Part shown: in pieces, positions 12,738 to 25,861 of the stretch
Numbering within the stretch: position 1 is the stretch's first letter
Layout: every line of letters starts with the position of its first letter
Assembly (NCBI GenBank): GCA_049999805.1
Contig: JBNGIO010005827.1
Coordinates: forward strand, 1 to 64,000
DNA length: 64,000 bases
Source of the DNA: Folioceros fuciformis
Taxonomy: Eukaryota
Direction: 5' to 3'
The notes under the pieces: model-generated
Seen by the model: only the letters and a program-made list of their open reading frames with translations
What the model was told of the DNA's origin: nothing
Databases searched by the model: none
Made by a program: the position numbers and the translations under genes

Positions 12738-14739
12738 GGTGCACTGATGGGCTTTACTCAAATGTACTATACAGAGTTTTTGACGCACGTCCGTTCTCCG
12801 TGCAAGTTTGAAGCCAAACACGAGAACCACGTCGCTTACTGACGGCTGACAGCTTTCGTGCAAGAATGTTAAGATGCCGATGCCAGCTTGTTTTGGAACG
12901 GGTGATTGCCATGACATGGTGCCCTCAGATCGATTTCTTGAAACACGGTTACCCATAGCAACCACAGGATTTCTCCTCTGCCATGACGCTGCTAACCTTT
13001 TGCAGGGGGTGGGCGGCAAATGGATCATAGCGTTGTAGGTTACCAATAGATGGGAGAACCAATTAACTAGCAGACTGTTCCTCTGCTTGGTATGATCACA
13101 TAGTAGGCTGGGTCTCCTACTTTGCCCACAGCACATAAGCGTTGGATTCCATCTGTCGGTCGCTCAACGTCCATTACAAACAAGAAATGAGTTGAGGACT
13201 GAAGTCCGCAGGACCAAGAACTTTTCTGTCGCAGGCATGACTAGGAAAGACCAGGGTGCGAGGGCCATTTTGCAGCATCTAGTACCCTAGTAGTATTTCC
13301 ACTGTTATCGAGCCCACTTGCCGACCTTGGTTACCTGAACCCATTGACAACTGCTCGAGAGACAGGGGTAAACTGAAGAAACTGCATAAAAACAGCTTGC
13401 CCAGACCTGTTTATTCGGCAAGGCTGAATTCGATTGAAAAGGGCACATTATCACAAAAGCGCTTCTCTCTGACTGTCAGACACACGGATTGAAAAGAAGA
13501 AAACAGGAGATCGAATTGGAATGAACTGTCACACAATCATAAAGGCACGTCTGTATGACGGTCTGATTGTCTGACTAAAAAGAAAGAAGAAAATAGGAAC
13601 CATGAAAAGGCAGAAATTGTAGGATGATCAACCGAGAGAGAGTCTGCCACTTACAATTCAGGAGGGACGATGTTGCGAGTAGAGGCGCCGCTTCGCACAT
13701 AGTACCCTCGAAGATGTGTGACGTACAAGCTACCACTGTAGTAGCATCTGCAATGGCGCTTGCTACGACAATGGAGAACAGCGGGTATAAAATCGTTGGA
13801 TGATTGCTACCCTCGTACCGCGTTCCAGTCTTTTTGTACTAACCACGCCGCCAAGTTACGAAAATACCGCCAATACTGTACTACCACATGTAACTGTAGT
13901 ACGACAGATCGAACCCATTTTCCTTCGAAAATAGGCTCGGTCCGTCTCGTCTGGTTTTAACGAACAAGTATTGCAATCAATGCGTTCCTTGTCGTACTCC
14001 ACAAGACGGGACGGGTGACGTGGGAAACTACGGATTTCCGTATGGCTTGTTCTCCATAGCTCTGGGCCTCTGGCACTTTTGAGTTAAAAACCTGTGGATG
14101 TTTTCTTAACTTTTATTTATATTGGTTAAACGGTAACTATTTTTCGATTAACGATTGTCTCTTTTTTCTTCTGGTGGCCGCGGGCGCGTGCGGAGCGGGC
14201 GTGGCGCGGGCGGAGGGGGTGTCTCGGAGGCCTATGCAGCACACCATTTCCTCGGCCCGTGAGCTGCATTTTGTCGTTACATGGGAGTACTCTCTCTCCT
14301 CTCTTGTACCGGGAACCATGACCTCCCATCATCCCGTCCCGTTACTGCATTTGGAAAGCGAGTTGGATTTGTTGGGTTTCAAGGATCGTATCGTTGCTCA
14401 TCAACACTTAAACCGTACTTTAGCTCACAATAGGCTGTTGAATTAGCGCACCTTACTTCCCTTCCTCAGATACCAAGACAGAAAACAATCCAAAGAGCGA
14501 CAAATGCTCCATGTTACCAAAGGTGCACTAGATATAGGAACATGGACTTTTATTCTTGGAATCTTTATCTTCATTGATGAAGAAAAGAGATGTCTAGGTT
14601 TTGTGCTCATGTCCTCATCCTTCTCCATCCCCAACATTGAGTTGTTTCTCATCTCCTCATCCTCCTCTGTCCCCAACACTGGGTTGTTTCTCATCACAAA
14701 CTATCTTCTACAGTGATACTTTCAAGCTGCCTCAAAGCC

Positions 14740-15330
14740 AAGGAAAGCAAACCACGTGTTCATAGACATGAACAACTTGCCTAACTACCGTGTGCATTTT
14801 CAACAATGAAAGCGGGGGGTTCACAGCAGCTTTGCTTTGATGGGGACATATGTAAGCCTCACCATTACTAGATGTTGGTAATGTTACATCAGAATCTACT
14901 ATTCTCATGGCTTTGGCAATCTTATATTCCACCATGCTTTCTACCTTAAGTTTGTGTTCCTTACAAAGCTAGCTTCTTTGAAATTACATTGAATCTAATA
15001 CCAAATATGAATCTCAATCAAGAAAATGATGCAAAAGCTAATTAGCTTCTATAAGAGTGTAAAGTAGATTAATCTGCATCCTTCATGAGTTGCTTAATGA
15101 GAGGAGCTCTAACTTTGTGACGTAAATACACCTTTGTGCTATTATTACAGTTCTGTTCTACATGAAGGATAGTCCGCACAACCTTGATCCACATTCTTGT
15201 TTTATGTTCCCACTCTCTTCAACAATGGGTGAAAAATGGTGAATACGGAGCTCATACTTTGCCATCAATTTAGAAAGCATTGCTCTTACTTCTTGGGTGG
15301 ATGTGTGAGGACCTAGTTCCCCTAACATGT
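14740..15330 (-). mobile_element. Degenerate MULE-type (SWIM zinc finger) transposase remnant
   Basis: Frameshifted fragments REWEHKTRMWIKVVRTILHVEQNCNN, EIHIWY*IQCNFKEASFVRN, KAMRIVDSDVTL and IVENAHGS*ASCSC resemble MULE/SWIM proteins. Confidence 0.55.
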
Positions 15331-16127
15331 AGGCAATGTCATTAAGTCATTCCATAATATAATTATATCCTATCAATCCCATTCTTCACCTTTTATAGGA
15401 GATTTTGAGCACAGGCTCACTATCTTGAGCATTACAAGCATTGCTCATTTTGTAGAATTTATAGAAAAATGAGGTTTGCATGAATGTTCATCCACTTTGG
15501 ATAGATGTTTGGGTGTGATAGTTCAACACTTGATCATTTGCATATAACTAATATAATATAGTACCTACATCTCATTCCAAGTTTTGAATGTCTTTGAGAG
15601 ATCTTCTTAAGAAGAGAATCTTTTAGTGTTTGCTAGAAATGATCTTCCAATGTCTTTGAGAGATTTCTTAAGAAGAGAATGTTTTAGTGTTTGCTAGAAA
15701 TAATCTTTGAAAGACCAGTCATTTCTACTAAACACTAATTAAGTGGGATTCTTACAATGTGTCACGTGTATATCGCATCCTCATGATCATTGGCTTTGTT
15801 ACTTTCTGTAAGAATTTGTGTTTTACCCTCCTTTTTCTTTTTTTTTCTAGATAAGTATGAAGTAACTCTCACATGCTCATTTTCATGGCCCTCCATCATT
15901 TGACTATGATAGAAATTTGCATTAACATTTGTGTGGTCATATAGTAGATACAAACCTCCTAAATATCAAGCCACAAACAACAATATTAGGACAATGGGAC
16001 TGAGACTCTAAATGAGTCTTGATCCTAATCCTCTTTACATTACCATCTTCTAATTAACCTTCCAATTAGTTATACAAAGCCACTAGAAACCTATGGTAAA
16101 TCTATTTTGTTTTATAGTCGACTTTTC

Positions 16128-16227
16128 NNNNNNNNNNNNNNNNNNNNNNNNNNNNNNNNNNNNNNNNNNNNNNNNNNNNNNNNNNNNNNNNNNNNNNNNN
16201 NNNNNNNNNNNNNNNNNNNNNNNNNNN
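16128..16227. other. Assembly gap (100 N); a second gap of 10 N lies at 16515-16524
   Basis: Runs of N. Confidence 1.
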
Positions 16228-16417
16228 GAACATTGCAGCCAATCAGTTGGATTGGAAAATGTGTCTTTGAACAAATGAAGGCAGCTAGAGATTGATTGCC
16301 TTCTTTGAAAAGAAGTATTTCTAAGTGAAACAATAGCAATCGAGAGGTGGAACATTGGCATGAAATTTGTAGCTTGGTTTTCTTATACTACACTTAGACT
16401 GTTTGTTGGAAGCAATG

Positions 16418-16467
16418 TGTGGAGTGATTTCTTGCACCCAAGAACTACCAAAGGGCTACACATCCCC

Positions 16468-16514
<47 letters not shown>

Positions 16515-16524
16515 NNNNNNNNNN

Positions 16525-16571
<47 letters not shown>

Positions 16572-17562
16572 CCCCTTAGTACTATGATTCGCTCCCAAGG
16601 GAGTGAACTAGTGTCAAGGTTTTCTACAATCTTCCCACATTGCCCTAATCTAACCCTATCTATCAGCCGGCTCCTAGCCCTAGCCTCACTACAGCAAAAA
16701 AGATTAGAATCCTTAGCCCTGTCTTCAACGCCAACCACAGCTCCAGTTGAATGAGAACTCCAACATCATCTTCAGCTCCCACTTACAGCTCCAAGTATCA
16801 GCCACCTCAGCAACTGAGAGGAGGTCCCAGCCCTAGCCTTGGTCTCCGCTCTCAGCCCTAAATGCTAGCCACCCCAGCAGCTGATTGAGAACTTTAGCAC
16901 CTAAGCTCCTCACCTCAACACACCAACTCCACTCTCCCTCACTTCAACTTTTCAACCCTTCATCCCTTCACTCTCACGGTTCACTCCTAGATTTTGGAAC
17001 ACAACAGCCCCTCACTTGCAGTCCTTGAGGTAGGGATGTGCAGACCCAAGCTGCATACCTCCTTGGCTCACAGCCCTGCAATCCATCGCCTTGGAAACCC
17101 CTTAGGGATGTCAAGGTACACCAACCACCCAACCAGCATGCAAGAAAGGTCAGCCCTTGCGGATCTGGCCACCCAGATCTCAGCAATTTTGGGAGCCGCC
17201 ACGTTCCCCTAGTGGCATGGGGAATCAAGGCCGAGGTGCATCTGCACACTGGATTAACCCTTTAACCCAACAGACTGCACACAAGATCAAGGGAGCTCTC
17301 ACCAAAAAAACCTCCCCCCTCAATAACAGGCCTGGCCTCTTATACTCCCTTGGCCCGGAACCCTTGTCACTACCTAACTAGGTCAGCACACCTTAGACAG
17401 AACCCTCCACTCATCAAAACCCTAAACCTAAGTCCGACTGAATCCTTACCCTAACTATGATCTAACTCTAATCTAACCTTTCCTCTACAACACTCACTCA
17501 CAAATCCAAAAAAAAAAGAACCCATCATTTCCCAGGGGTCTGTTCAGCATGTGGAGTCCACA
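16418..17562 (-). mobile_element. Solo LTR (probably Ty3/Gypsy) with a 5-bp TSD
   Basis: Termini TGTGGA...TCCACA; identical flanks CAATG at 16413-16417 and 17563-17567. Shares TGTGGAGTGA and a 23/26-identical motif with the LTR-like segment at 60240. Orientation is inferred. Confidence 0.8.
16468..16570. repeat. (TTA)n microsatellite spanning a 10-N gap
   Basis: Directly visible. Confidence 0.95.
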
Positions 17563-17599
17563 CAATGCAAGCACAAGGTAGAGGCACTAAAGAAAAAAT

Positions 17600-18360
17600 A
17601 CAAGTAGTAAGAAGAGATGGTCAAGTATACATAACGGGGGACACCAAGCTCTTCGTTTTACTTTGAATAGATGGACTCTTTCTTGAGCACAAATATGAAA
17701 TTTAGGATCCGGTGATGTTTAGAGCTTCATGATTTTTTACACTCGTGCCATGAATGAGAACCCAAAACACTTTCAACCTTGAAGATGAAGACCTCAACCA
17801 AGATATTGGAACCTACCCACCCAAGCTTGGTAGCAAGGACACCATGCCAACTCCAACTCTATCCTTTTTAAAGGATAGAGTTGGAGTTGGCATGGTGTCC
17901 TTGTCACTAAGCTCGTGCCACCATTGTTCCTACTAAGTTAGTAGGAGCAATGACAGATTTGAATTCTTCTCCTAGACTAGATGATGGACAAAAAATACCA
18001 TATACTCCTCTATCTTACATTCAAAAGCTTGTTGGGATGTCTTGTACAACTTAGCCAAGTGAAAGGAATAATAAATTTATTTTTCTTTTATAGTAAGTCA
18101 ATTTTTCATGAAGGTTTACAAGCTTTTGTCCAAAGTTATGCAAGACTCAAGAGACTAAGGTACTTCATGAGACTAAGTTGCTTCATGTACAAGAGTTGAA
18201 AAGACAAAACCTAGCTGCTAATTATCATTGGCCACTAATAAACCTAGAAGCCACCTTCTTTGGATTATTATAAGGATACTAATAATAAGCTTGCTATAAT
18301 TTATTATTGTGGATGGTCCATTTTTAGAGGTGTTAGTGAAATAGAGAATGTCCTCTCGAG
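17600..18360 (+). mobile_element. Highly decayed Ty1/Copia RT-RNase H remnant
   Basis: Fragments MTDL, KSLLGCLVQLS and LKRLRYF weakly resemble the Copia motifs MTDLG, YRSLVGSL and KRILRYL. Confidence 0.35.
17834..17903. repeat. Perfect inverted repeat with 34-bp arms and a 2-nt spacer
   Basis: caaggacaccatgccaactccaactctatccttt-tt-aaaggatagagttggagttggcatggtgtccttg. Confidence 0.97.
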
Positions 18361-21300
18361 ATGGGGGTTGGTGTAATCAGATTGGGCATAAACTTGTTAA
18401 CTTAATGTTCTATGCAGACTTATTGTAAATATAAAGAGTCTATGATTGTAAATATAAAGAGTCTATGCTATACACGTGATTTCTATGTGAACAAGCCCTC
18501 AATCATGTGAGGTTGCTTGCTCGATTGCCTTATGCTATGAGCTTGATCTTCAATTCAGTCAGTCATCATACTTGTATTATAGAGTCAAAAGGACAAAGGT
18601 AATTCAATTCAATTATGTTACATTGCAGAATTGGGGACAAGAGTTTAGTATGTGCTATCAAATTCCAACTACTAATTGATTAAGTTCGTTGCAGTTGCAC
18701 CACATAGCTAAGAGATTGACTTGATTCAATTCATTGTTGTTACATTGCAAAGTTAATGGGTGGAGTTTATTTAATTTGTTATTATTCCATTGCAAAGTTG
18801 AGGAATAGGAGTTAAACGACATTGGAGACTAGGTGCTATGAAATTCCAACCATCACTTATCACTTGATTCAAGTTGCTATTGTTGCATGGCAAAGCCAAG
18901 AACAAGAGTTAAAAGTTAAAAAACATTGTACACAAGCGCCAATGCTATCAATTTACTAGTTTGAAAACATGGTATGATTGCTTTAATGTCAAACATATCA
19001 TAACCATTAGGTTGGGCTTGTAAAGATAAATAGTATCTTTGCACTTTCATTAGGATGGCAAAACTTGAAATATAAGATTGAAGGACTTACCATGAGTAAA
19101 ATTATAATAAGACATAACATATGAGTTGATTGAGTGACTTATCAAGAATAAATTACATTGGAATGTACTATTTGAAGACACAACATGTTGTTCAATGAAA
19201 CATGCTATGTTTTGTTTTGAGTTCCGAATATTTCTTTATGAAGTGCGTCTACTGAAAATTTTCCAAGTGAACAATAATAATACAATAGTAATACTAAAAT
19301 CATGAATATTGATTTTGAAAACGTTTCTGATAGCAAGGTATAATATTAAAATATACAATCACGTCTTTGATAAATAAGCTTTTAGTGTGCCACATTCTAA
19401 ATTAAACAATAGCTCCAACAATCACTATATCACCAAACTAACTACACTATATCCTAAGTACAATGACAACTCTACCAACCGCTCTCATCCTATGTATTTT
19501 GTCAAGCTAATTACTTAATTTTATACCATAACAAACAAGCTAATTACTCAATTTTATACCACAATAAATTGATTAAGATAACCATTGGCCCAAAACACTT
19601 GCTTGGGAAGTGTGCACTTGCCAATGCTACATAACTAGGCAAATGCATGGTAAACTCAACAATTAATACATACTCGGGTTCATTTTGGTTTAGGACAAAG
19701 ATATTGATATTGACACTATGTGAATGATGAACTCAACAATTAATGCTTGCTCATTGTAAGGTCCTCCTTGTTTTATTAGGATATATTGTCATTGTGACAT
19801 TGCATATACTTCCAAAGCCACGATATTCTTGATCATGGATAATGAGCACTTTGTAGCTTTTTTCTACAACCAGGTCAATAAACAACTTATAACAATTTAT
19901 CTTATAGGCATATATGGTTTAAATTTCTAACCATTTGCATAAAACTTAAAGGTTGAGAAATTAGGAAGACATTGCGTAGGCTATTGGTTAATAGGACATT
20001 GTGTAAGGTATTTGTTAATAGAAATTAGAACTACATAAGGGACCTATGGTGTCAATAATGATATAGGTCAAGATTGATTACAATGATGCTCATTCATAAC
20101 CCTCAAGACACGCAAAATTTAATATTCAATTATTTTAATGTTCATTAAAGTTATATATTTATTTTATAAAAATAATTTTAATATAATCATTCTATTCTTT
20201 ACTAGAATTATCAGTCTCATCTTAAATCCTAGAAAGATGAACTTAAAGGTAACTATTTGGATACTAATTAGAATTTTTTTTCAGTTAAGTTTTAATATAA
20301 CTAATTTAAAATTTATGATTTAATACCCTTCCAAAGGTTGTTCCCTCTGTGTTCAGTAGATTGGTTTGTCATCTTTTTATCATATTCTTCATTTTTAATA
20401 TTTATGGATGGTGGCTCCGATCTTTAATCTTAGAAAGATGAGTAGACTAGGTAGTTGGGACCATTCTGCGCGCACTGAACGTTTGTCAGGTGCGTTCGAT
20501 TTACTGGACACGTAGGGCCCTGCCACTGTCGGCCTGCGTGCCCGTGTTTTAGCCAATACCTCGTTGTGAAAAAAAGTATCATTTCCAAGATTTTGTTCCC
20601 GAGGTGAACCCGTTACCGAGATATAATGACCTGGTGGCCTACCGATTCTATTTAAAAAACGATGTCTACACTGCCAGAGTTAGGACAGTTCCAGGCCCCC
20701 GTTGTTTGCACGGTGTGACCCCGGTGCACGTACTGTCCTTGAATTTCGCTTTACAGACTCCATGGGTACACTCCAGCCATTTAGGTGGTGCGACCTCGTG
20801 GCCCCAATTCACGCCAAGATAAAACTAATTTTGACGCGATGGATCGATGAACACCACTAATGGAGAGGACGTGGGTGCATCGGTGCATCGATGGGCGGCG
20901 CTGCTTGAGAGGACGAGTTCTCTATACCGCAGTTTCTTTGCAACTTCTCCATCAGGTTTGTCGACAGCGTTCTTCGCCACTATGTTCTCGCCAATGTTGT
21001 CTTTCGTCCTGAAATGGACATTTTTAATGACTAGAACACTAGAAAGGATGGCCTCGCTACCGTACAATTGTCACAGTAGCAAGCATCCCAAGGGTACTGA
21101 GATGTTTGCCGATGTGAGCTCTATAGATAGACCTTCAGAAGCTATGGAGCAAGAGTTAGATTGTACCTTAAGATGGTACCCGCTGGTATACTTTGCAGAA
21201 GTCTAAAAGCAGGGGCCACTTAGTGCTTCGGAATTCCCGTATCCTAGTGTTTCACAACAAAAAGTTGATGCTGCTGTCGCGGAGGGCCGAAGGTATCTGT

Positions 21301-21534
21301 GCAAAAGTAGGTTAGCACTTTCTCAACACAGCAAGCAGTCAAAGAGGCAGAAATGAGAGCGTTCTAGTTGCGATCCTACAGGGAGGTGCACCCAGAGATG
21401 AACTTTCATGGAGGTCTCACCAACTTGATCAATGTGGACTGCGTGCTCCTGAGATAGCAAACTCTGCCTTACAGTTACAGAACCCCCTGGACGGAACCAG
21501 GAAGCGTCCCGATTTACAGCCATGCCAAAGATTA

Positions 21535-24056
21535 TCACAGACTCAGCTGCCGCATATGCCTCTCTGTTCTAGTCCGTGTCCGCACCTTTAGGTAGACTTG
21601 ACACCTTACGTAGCCATCAAGAGTTTTGAAACCTGGCATCACGGTGAACTCCACCGAAGGGGAGAAGACGTGATCATCCACGATGGAATTTCCATCAGTC
21701 CCCACGTCAGAGTCCACCAGCTCCATGTACTCGGGAGAGTAGTCCTCAAATTGAGAGGCATGTATCAAGACTGCAGAGGGTTCAAATGAGAGAGACAGGA
21801 GATGCAGACGCCATACCCCTATGGCAGCCTCCAAGAAAGTGTTCAACAGATTCACCGACCATTTGGAAACCCACTTCACTTCGTCCTGAAAGAGCTTGAG
21901 CTTGGCCTGGCAGAAATAGTGGAAGGACTTGTCTGAACTAGGATGCCGATCGTTGATGATGTCCCGGGGGTTGGCGTCCGCTACCCTCTGATATGCTTCC
22001 CAGCAATCCTTCGCAGTGGGCTGCCAGCCTGATCCCTCAGACTCAACATTGTGGTGACCAACTCCGCAGAAAGGCTCATCGAAGTCCGAGAAAAAAGCAC
22101 CAGCTATGCACGACTCTAGACCATATCTAGCATGGTAAGGCTTAACGAATCGAACACGGGGCAATAGCTGGTTAACAATATCGCACACAGAATCAGGATC
22201 CTGACCTGCCACCAAGCACTCCGTGAATGCATGCAGGGCTTGTCGTGTATCCCTAGTGGCTTTCTCGAGAATCAGACGATTCAGAGAGGGGATAGCACCG
22301 ATGCTACTTCTGGAGCTTCCTGAGGGACTCTGCTGCCACTCTAACAAGCTTGGTGGTTCCAGGGGACTGAGAAGGTCTGGGTTGTCATCAAAAACTGGAT
22401 CGGGAGCAACCAACCTTGCAAGCCGGTCAGGCTGGAAGGGCTCGACAACCCGAGGAAACCTAGTGCTATCCACAGAGTCTGCGTACTTGAGAACATCATG
22501 AGCCGAGGGGATTAACCCAGTGAGACGACCTGTTTGATACGTGGCTTTATCCCACGTTCCATTGGCTTCTCCGTTGGCGCTCCAAAATCTTCGCATCTGC
22601 TCGTTGTCCACAGATACAGATGTCCTGACCTCAAGCTGCTGCAATTGACCGGCAATGGTGCGCATCATGTCCTCCACGCTTTCCTGCATATTCTTCATCC
22701 TTTCCTCATGTTCGTGAGCCATTTTCCTAAATTCAGCTTCCACTGCCACTGCCACTGCCACAGATCCATCAACCTGCCTGGAGGAACATTTGCACAAGTG
22801 CCCATGCTGTTCGGGCTCACAGGCAGCCTTGATGGGTGACGGCGGCTTAAGCAGTCTCGTAGGCGAGCTCTTCAGCTTCTTGATGAAGCTGCCAAACACG
22901 GACCTTGACATGTTGCCACCGTACGGATGCTGAAGGCCACCCTTCCGCACCACTTCCTCCCTGTACGAGTATGGAGAGGTCTGATCAACAGGACGGCAGC
23001 CACAGAACCAGCCACTGGAGTCCACCACAGCAGTTTTATTCACCACTCCGTTCTTGACTCCGTTTTGCCGATTCTGTTGATTCCTATGGGTTGCACCTGC
23101 GGGCCGTGGAGCATCTTTTGCCTGAGTGTGCCCAGAGAGCTGGGGAATCACATACCTCGACCTCTGTTGAAAGTCCCTTTCCTTGTCCTTATCCTTAAAC
23201 TTACCCTGACCCGGACCAGTGGGTGCAGGGATGACCATATGACCTGATGCTGACTTGCGGGGAACACTGACAGCTTTCTGAACGTCATCAGTTGAAATCG
23301 GCCTGGCAAGAACCTGTTTCAGAGGCTCCCTCAATGGTTTGGGACGAACGTCCTTGTTCGCAGCGGGAAACTCCGCCTTAGAGGCAGTCCCGGATGTGAC
23401 CTGGGGCAAGAGTGCAGGCGAGACAACGTCCTTCAGTAAGGTTGGAACAGAGAAGAATATCCATCCAGGGACAAGAACATCACACAGCATGCAAATGGGG
23501 AAGTGAAGAGAATATGTACATGTGAGGAAGTGAAGAAATCACTCGAGCGGTCACTCATGTTGCCGCCGTGCCCGGAGCCTGAGCCTTCACTCAAACTGCT
23601 TGCTGCGATACAGGGCAAGGAAGTCGAATTAAAACCTGCGGACGCCTTGGAACTTTGCCTCGCCTCCCTACAGATGCCATTCAAATCAGGGGGCCGCTCT
23701 GTGTCAATGGGTAACGCAGAGATGTATGGGGAAACTTGAGCTCGCGAGAGCCCTGTGTGCAGTTCTCTCAAGGACAAGAGCGAGCTGCAATCCGTCGGGG
23801 AGAAGCATTCCAACGGCGACTGGCGTGGCAAAGAGAGCTTCGACATGGTCTCCAATATGGCAGTGGCGGTTGTGCTACCCTGAAAAGTTGGTGATGTCCT
23901 CAACTTATCCCTGAACTCCGAAATCTCATGAGAGACGAGAGCCACAACCTCCTCAGGGCTACCGGGCAAGGGATTGCCTGCCTGGGTAAGTCCGTGGCGG
24001 GGAGTCTTGGGATGGGAACTACGCAACTTGCGATTCAGATCCTTGGACCCGCTCAT
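21535..24056 (-). CDS. IRK-interacting / GIL1 (DUF641-related) family protein; 2 coding exons, intron 23431-23519
   Basis: C-terminal domain FHYFCQAKL...FLEAAIGVWRLHLLSLSFEP...YME...VEFTVMPGF...VRCQVYL preceded by a coiled coil. An 89-nt GT-AG intron joins the two ORFs in frame. Confidence 0.85.
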
Positions 24057-25800
24057 CCTGGACCGATGACACTACACAGCAAACCTCCCTACACCACTAT
24101 CAAAGCATCAACCACTACGCCAAACGCACGCGCATCACACAGAAGCTCAGGATAATGGCACCGCGCTAGCACACTGAGGTGGTCAGACAGCAGAGACGAG
24201 GGGGGTTGAAATGGCCACTTACAAATGCCATCGTTCAGCTGCTCTCCGAGCCAAACTTTCAGCATGACGGGAGGCGAACTGCTTCCCCCGTAGCGCATCC
24301 GCGGAATCGAGGAGCGGCAACCTGTGGGCGAGCAAGTAGCAAGCCGGCACTACACTAGAAGCGAGGCGGGGAAAGCGCCGAACGGAACAAAATCTCCAAA
24401 ACCGTGACGAGTGCCGTTGCGGGCATCACCACAAGCCTGCAGGTGAAAAACTCAGTGCTTCCAGGCAGAGTGTCCACAATTTCCACCACATTGTCAGACA
24501 GAAGCGAACTCGCGACGACGGAAGGACGAGAAAAATTTGGTGAGCTTGTGAGGGCAGGTTAGAAGCGGGGCCGAGAAATAATTTACTGACACTAGCGAGC
24601 TGGACAAGTGCGCATCGCGAATGCAGACAGATTACAGTGAAATTGTGCCGGGATTCAAACAAAAGTGCGAGGAAAGAAGGAATTGAAGCGAAGACGGTAA
24701 AGGGACAGGGAATCAATCCACGAGATAACAATCCTGTGTGGAGGCCAAAAGCTGCAGCAAACACGAGACGCAACGATGCCAACCGACACAGGAACCGAGG
24801 AAATGCAGAAACCGGGACGGAAGGGGGCTCCAGCAGGAAGCAAAAGCGGCAGGGCAGTAGCCCGCAACACCTCAAGCTCTGGTCGTGCCAGCCCCGGCTC
24901 CGAAGGCAATGTCCAGCGACGCGCAAGCACGAGCAGGAGGGGCGGCAGCAAGAGATGCAGGAAATCGGACAGCAATCGGACGCAGAGATTTGCAGAGCTC
25001 GGTCGGCGGGGCGGGGCGGGGCGGGGCGGCGCGATAACTCTAAGATGCGTTACGGCACGCACTCAACGGACGAGACGCGGATGAGACGAGAGTGGATGAG
25101 ACGAGACGAATTGGAGACGAGACGAATTGGAGACGAGACAGCCCTGCGCCTGACTGCTGCTGCTGGTGGCTTCGTCGCAGTGCTCTCTGCACTCCGCTCG
25201 TCCAGGCAGGCAGGCAGGCACGGTATTCGAAACATGACTGTGAGTCACGCCGATTGCGCAGCAAAAGGGGCGGCGAAACAGAGAGCGGCGAAACTCAGCC
25301 TAGAGCGTCCAGAGCAAGTGCGAGAGCCTGGGCCCGGGACCCAGCCTCACGACGTTGCCCATGTTGGAAGCCTGGGGACGGGACTGTGGACGCGGCCCGG
25401 GCCAGCGCAGTAATGCTCTGCGACTTGCTGGAAAATATCATATTTATGGAACCGGTTATTGAGGGGGTTGGGAATCTGATTTCCGGGAGTCGGGAATCTC
25501 ATTTCCGGGAGCAGCATATAAGAAACGAGGCATCTGATTATCCAGGCCCAAAACAAAATAAATGATTGAGCCTGGCAGGGACGCTTGCCAGGGGGCCTGG
25601 GTCATGACAAACTGGGCGACATGATTGTCGGATTAGGAGCCCGAGGAGGTGGAGTTATTGTACAGGCGCGGATTCCGAGGGCACCTGGCCCCGGTCCCAG
25701 AAGGAAAAACGGAACGGAGCGTGGTCACGGACCCCGTGCGCGGGGGTTGGGCCGTATACCCACGAAAGGTTCGCACGTGCAAGGAAAAGTGACTGTGTGT

Positions 25801-25861
25801 GGTGGTAGCGCAGTTGGTGCATGTGGGCGTCTGGGAATGGCATGATAGCGGGTTCGAGTCC
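25801..25861 (+). promoter_or_regulatory. tRNA-like Pol III internal promoter (A and B boxes), possible SINE head
   Basis: A box TAGCGCAGTTGG (25806-25817) and B box GGTTCGAGTCC (25851-25861) 33 nt apart; no complete cloverleaf. Confidence 0.45.

Noticed and set aside
12900..13700. Possible small spliced gene on the minus strand
   Set aside because: Splice-like sites exist, but the short peptide has no recognisable homology.
16360..16598. Poly-L/I/N ORFs
   Set aside because: Translations of the (TTA)n tract and the N gap.
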